Assembly: GCA_018238155.1 (NCBI GenBank)
Contig: JABCTZ010000036.1
Span: forward strand, 288,001-352,000
DNA: 64,000 nucleotides
Direction: 5' to 3'
Origin: Candidatus Heimdallarchaeota archaeon
Lineage (GTDB): Archaea > Asgardarchaeota > Heimdallarchaeia > JABLTI01
Each line of letters starts with the position of its first letter. The first letter of the stretch is position 1. Of the stretch, positions 60,354 through 64,000 are shown in pieces. The position numbers were made by a program, and so were the translations under genes. The notes below the pieces were generated by a model. That model saw only the letters and a program-made list of their open reading frames with translations. It had not been told where the DNA came from and searched no databases.

Positions 60354-61316
60354 TTGGTGTTTGTATTGGCGATGAAAATTGTTACTCTGAAAGAAATAAT
60401 GGAAATTTTGGGAAAAATAGATCCAATTAAAGAGATAGAGGAAGGTTTCGTAGAATTTTCAAAAGGAAATGTTGTTGTTCCCCCCGTTGGTGAAATGTTA
60501 TTTAAAGATCCACCTGGCGACGTTCATATAAAGTATGGCTATATTAAAAATGACCTATTTTATGTGATAAAAATTGCTTCTGGTTTTTACGAGAATATCA
60601 ATTTAGGTCTTCCAAGTTATTCGGGGTTAATGCTATTATTCGCTCAAAAAACAGGAGAGTTACTCTGTATCCTCTTAGATGAAGGTCATTTAACGAATAT
60701 TCGCACTGCTGCTGCAGGAGCAGTTGCAGCAAAGTATCTTGCACCAAAGAAGGTAAAACGAATTGGCATTTTTGGAACAGGTGTACAAGCAAGATTGCAG
60801 CTCGAATACTTACAATCTATTATCAAATGTGAAGATGTTATCGTATGGGGTCGAAACGAAAAGAAATTAGCTTTATACAAAGAAGAAATGGAAACATTTG
60901 GGTTCAATGTTGAAACAACACTCAATACTGAAGATGTTACTTCTACTTGTAATTTTATTGTTACTTGTACTCCATCTACAATTCCATTAATTAATTTAGA
61001 TCAAGTGATGAAAGGAACACATATTACAGCAGTAGGATCAGATACACCGGAAAAACAAGAATTAGATGCTAAAATATTGCAAAAAGCTGATCGTGTGGTT
61101 GTTGATAGCATTAGTCAAGTTTTATCTCGAGGGGAGAGCTTTCATGCTATGGAAGATGGCTTAATCACAAAAGATGATTTAATTGAATTAGGAAATATGA
61201 TACAAGAAGAAAAACTACAAAGAACATCAGATGATGAAATAACAGTAGCAGATCTAACTGGAGTTGCGGTTCAAGATTTACAAATAGCAAAAGCAGTTTG
61301 GGGGAAAATCAACTAG
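60354..61316 (+). CDS. ornithine cyclodeaminase/mu-crystallin family protein
   Basis: LTNIRTAAAGAVAAKYL, GTGVQA, GTHITAVG, DLTGVAVQD; probable start at ATG 60372. Confidence 0.92.
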   Translation: MVFVLAMKIVTLKEIMEILGKIDPIKEIEEGFVEFSKGNVVVPPVGEMLFKDPPGDVHIKYGYIKNDLFYVIKIASGFYENINLGLPSYSGLMLLFAQKTGELLCILLDEGHLTNIRTAAAGAVAAKYLAPKKVKRIGIFGTGVQARLQLEYLQSIIKCEDVIVWGRNEKKLALYKEEMETFGFNVETTLNTEDVTSTCNFIVTCTPSTIPLINLDQVMKGTHITAVGSDTPEKQELDAKILQKADRVVVDSISQVLSRGESFHAMEDGLITKDDLIELGNMIQEEKLQRTSDDEITVADLTGVAVQDLQIAKAVWGKIN

Positions 61317-61382
61317 AATAATCAGAGTAGAGAAATACAATGCTCATTAGAAATAGAAATGGCTCCATGGAGATGTTAGAAT

Positions 61383-62501
61383 TTGATAGTAGACGATTTT
61401 TTGGTAGAACTATTTATGGATAAATATGAAATGAATGTTGAGATAAACATTGCAGAAACATGTGTAGATCCTTTCACTCTTGGTGAGTTTCTTAAATTAG
61501 TAGAGTATGAGAACTTCTTCGAGGATTTCAAAAGTAAAAAATTAACATATGGACATATTAACGGTTCTCCAGAATTAAGGCAAGGTATAGCAAATTTATA
61601 CGAGACAATGAGTGCAAAGAATGTGCTTTTGAATGGCGGAGCAATTGGAGCGAATTTTCTTTCATTCTACAGCTTAATTGATCCAGGAGATACTGTCGTT
61701 TCTATTTTTCCGGCATATCAGCAATTGTATAGCGTAGCAAAATCATTTGGAGCTAATGTTAAATTATGGAAGCTGAAATGGGAAGAAAAGTGGCAACCAA
61801 ATATTGACGATTTAGCATCTCTGGTTGATAAGAAAACAAAAATGATCATCATAAATAACCCTCATAATCCTACGGGGTGTTTAATTAATAACAAACAACT
61901 CAAGCAAATATGTGAAATTGCAGAAGATTGTGATGCATACTTACACTATGATGAAGCTTACAAAGGGCTCTATCTAAATGATAACGACAAGATCACTTCA
62001 GCAGTAGATATTTATGACAAAGCAATTTCTTCAGGTTCTTTTTCAAAAGGTTTATCTCTAACAGGATTGCGCCTAGGATGGCTTGTTGCAAGTGAGGAGA
62101 TTATCAAAAGATTCGCTGGATACAGACAATATACAACAATCAGCAATGGAATGATAGACGATGCACTTGGAGCATTAGCAATGAAATATGTGGATCAAAT
62201 TTATGAAAGAAATATTGGTATTATAAAAACGAATTTCAAAATACTGTCTGAATTTATAGAGAATGAACCATTATTAGATTGGATCCCACCAAGAGCAGGA
62301 AGTGTAGGCTTTCTAAAACTCAATTTAGATATACCCACCGAAGATTTTTGTGTACAACTTATTGACCAGAAAAGCACTTTTCTTGTTCCTAGTACTTGTT
62401 TTGAAATGGAAGGTTTTCTACGAATAGGCTTTGGAAATAATACTGAAATTTTGAAAGATGGTTTAGGGCGGTTAAAAGAATTTCTTGATACAAAGAGGTA
62501 A
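61383..62501 (+). CDS. class I/II aminotransferase
   Basis: NNPHNPTG, DEAY, SFSKGLSLTGLRLGW. Confidence 0.93.
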   Translation: MIVDDFLVELFMDKYEMNVEINIAETCVDPFTLGEFLKLVEYENFFEDFKSKKLTYGHINGSPELRQGIANLYETMSAKNVLLNGGAIGANFLSFYSLIDPGDTVVSIFPAYQQLYSVAKSFGANVKLWKLKWEEKWQPNIDDLASLVDKKTKMIIINNPHNPTGCLINNKQLKQICEIAEDCDAYLHYDEAYKGLYLNDNDKITSAVDIYDKAISSGSFSKGLSLTGLRLGWLVASEEIIKRFAGYRQYTTISNGMIDDALGALAMKYVDQIYERNIGIIKTNFKILSEFIENEPLLDWIPPRAGSVGFLKLNLDIPTEDFCVQLIDQKSTFLVPSTCFEMEGFLRIGFGNNTEILKDGLGRLKEFLDTKR

Positions 62502-62528
62502 TCAAAACAAACGAAAAACTGAAAATGA

Positions 62529-63422
62529 TTGATTGCCGGAAATGGATTGGTTGTAATGGAAGAACAAGAACTAATCCAATTATTTCCAACTATTTCTTCT
62601 CGAGAGAAATTCTATATAGAAATGGTTGATGATGCAAAAGTAATGGTATACAAGTTTTTACCAAACATAGAAAAAAAATCCGTAATAAGAGCACCAATAT
62701 TGTTTGTTCCAGGATTCACATCATATTTCAGCCAATGGAGTACAATAATCAACTATTTAGTAGAAAAAAAACACTCTGTGTATGTTTTTGAAAGTAGAGA
62801 GAAAAAAACTTCTACTTCAAAAGTATCTGACCCGCGTTTTGATACAGATGGGTTAATTGCAGATCTAAATGATGTAGTAGCACATCTTAAACTCCCTCAA
62901 CCATTTTTTATGATTGGAAATTCGCTTGGATCAGCAATGATTCTAAAACATGTTATTGATAATGAAAAAAATAGTTCTCAATTGCCAGACAAAATTGCAT
63001 TGCTTCAAGCTGTATACACTTCTGCACCTCTTCAACGATTTATAGATTTGGCAGAACGAAAAATACTCTTTCATATAGCAATGAGATTCATACTTACTTT
63101 TTCACCAATAATCTTCTGGAAGAGTAGAAGAGAGACTCCAAATTCATATCGAAATTCGCTAAATAATCTAAGAAATACTGAATTAGAAAAAATGCGAATT
63201 GGTTTGATTTGCTCTGTTAATTTAAAAATTATTGATGATTTGCCTAAAGTGAAATTACCTACATTAGCAATTGGTATTGGAAATGATAAGACACATCCAA
63301 AAGAACAAGCAATACTAATTTCTAAACAAGTAAAGAATGGCATCTATCATGAAATCCCTGATAAAGAGTATGTGGATACTGAATTAACTGCGAAGTTGAT
63401 CACGGATTTCCTAGAGAAATGA
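62529..63422 (+). CDS. alpha/beta hydrolase
   Basis: FVPGF, GNSLG; catalytic His region atypical. Confidence 0.8.
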   Translation: MIAGNGLVVMEEQELIQLFPTISSREKFYIEMVDDAKVMVYKFLPNIEKKSVIRAPILFVPGFTSYFSQWSTIINYLVEKKHSVYVFESREKKTSTSKVSDPRFDTDGLIADLNDVVAHLKLPQPFFMIGNSLGSAMILKHVIDNEKNSSQLPDKIALLQAVYTSAPLQRFIDLAERKILFHIAMRFILTFSPIIFWKSRRETPNSYRNSLNNLRNTELEKMRIGLICSVNLKIIDDLPKVKLPTLAIGIGNDKTHPKEQAILISKQVKNGIYHEIPDKEYVDTELTAKLITDFLEK

Positions 63423-63714
63423 GTTTTGACATTAGCAGCAAAATAATTTCTATTTCAGATTTTTTTCAAAATTGGTAACACTTTGCATAGTTTTGTAAAG
63501 CATCATCAAAATAACCAATCTGTAATAGTTGGTCGAATAATTAGTACCTTCATTTTTCTCACTTTTTTGAATATTAGCTTTTTACTTTAGCTTCTGCTTA
63601 ACATTTTTAGGAGATTTTAGCAATGAAAATACGCATATACTTGCAAAATATCTTTTCTTAATCACAAGGATTTTCTTTACGAATATTTTTATATTCGAGA
63701 ATGTTAGGTTGGCA

Positions 63715-64000
63715 ATGGACCCTATAAACTGGATATACATTGGAATTGCTGTAGCCGTTGGTCAAATTATACCTTTTATAGTATATGGTATAGATAAAAG
63801 ACTAGCAATAGCAGGGAAGAGTAGAATATCTGAATTGAGTCTTCTAGTTCTAACCTTTATTTTCGGAATCTTTGGATCGTTCCTTGCAATGATTATATTC
63901 AGACACAAAACCATCAAAGGTTCGTTCAGAGCAAAGTTTGCTGGCGTTTCCATTGTACGCATACTGGTTCTTGGTGGTATAGTAGCCCTTTTGCTATTTG
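63715..64000 (+). CDS. DUF1294/YsdA family membrane protein (runs off the right edge)
   Basis: Manual translation MDPINW...FIVYGIDKRLA....RISE..L....G.FG..LAM..FRHKT.K..F. Confidence 0.88.
   Translation, partial: MDPINWIYIGIAVAVGQIIPFIVYGIDKRLAIAGKSRISELSLLVLTFIFGIFGSFLAMIIFRHKTIKGSFRAKFAGVSIVRILVLGGIVALLLF

Noticed and set aside
63762-63962. 66-aa minus-strand ORF
   Set aside because: Antisense to the DUF1294 gene on the plus strand

Overview
AT-rich, gene-dense archaeal chromosomal window. It is most consistent with an Asgard archaeon, probably Heimdallarchaeia-like (inference). The evidence is archaeal housekeeping genes (Kae1, Sua5/TsaC, type II MetAP, prefoldin beta-DUF3194-DHH) mixed with eukaryotic-signature proteins (one Arf-like and two Rab-like GTPases, a longin-wHTH-DENN-like protein, a membrane-bound RING protein). 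The best candidate new systems are: (1) a co-oriented cluster of longin-wHTH-DENN protein, two paralogous coiled-coil/wHTH proteins and an Arf GTPase (1.7-5.8 kb); (2) an EcfT-MobB-Cys-less molybdopterin-binding protein-ECF S-component operon suggesting Moco/pterin salvage (6.0-8.9 kb); (3) a secreted propeptide gene flanked by a clostripain-type protease and a divergent tandem-wHTH regulator with a palindromic operator (34.6-39 kb); (4) a HEAT-repeat protein with a long histone-H1/protamine-like tail (43.2-44.2 kb). The ORF track missed Sua5 (left edge), a Doc toxin interrupted by an in-frame TAG, and a DUF1294 gene (right edge). I saw no rRNA, tRNA, CRISPR array or transposase. All family calls come from motif recognition by eye; no searches were run.
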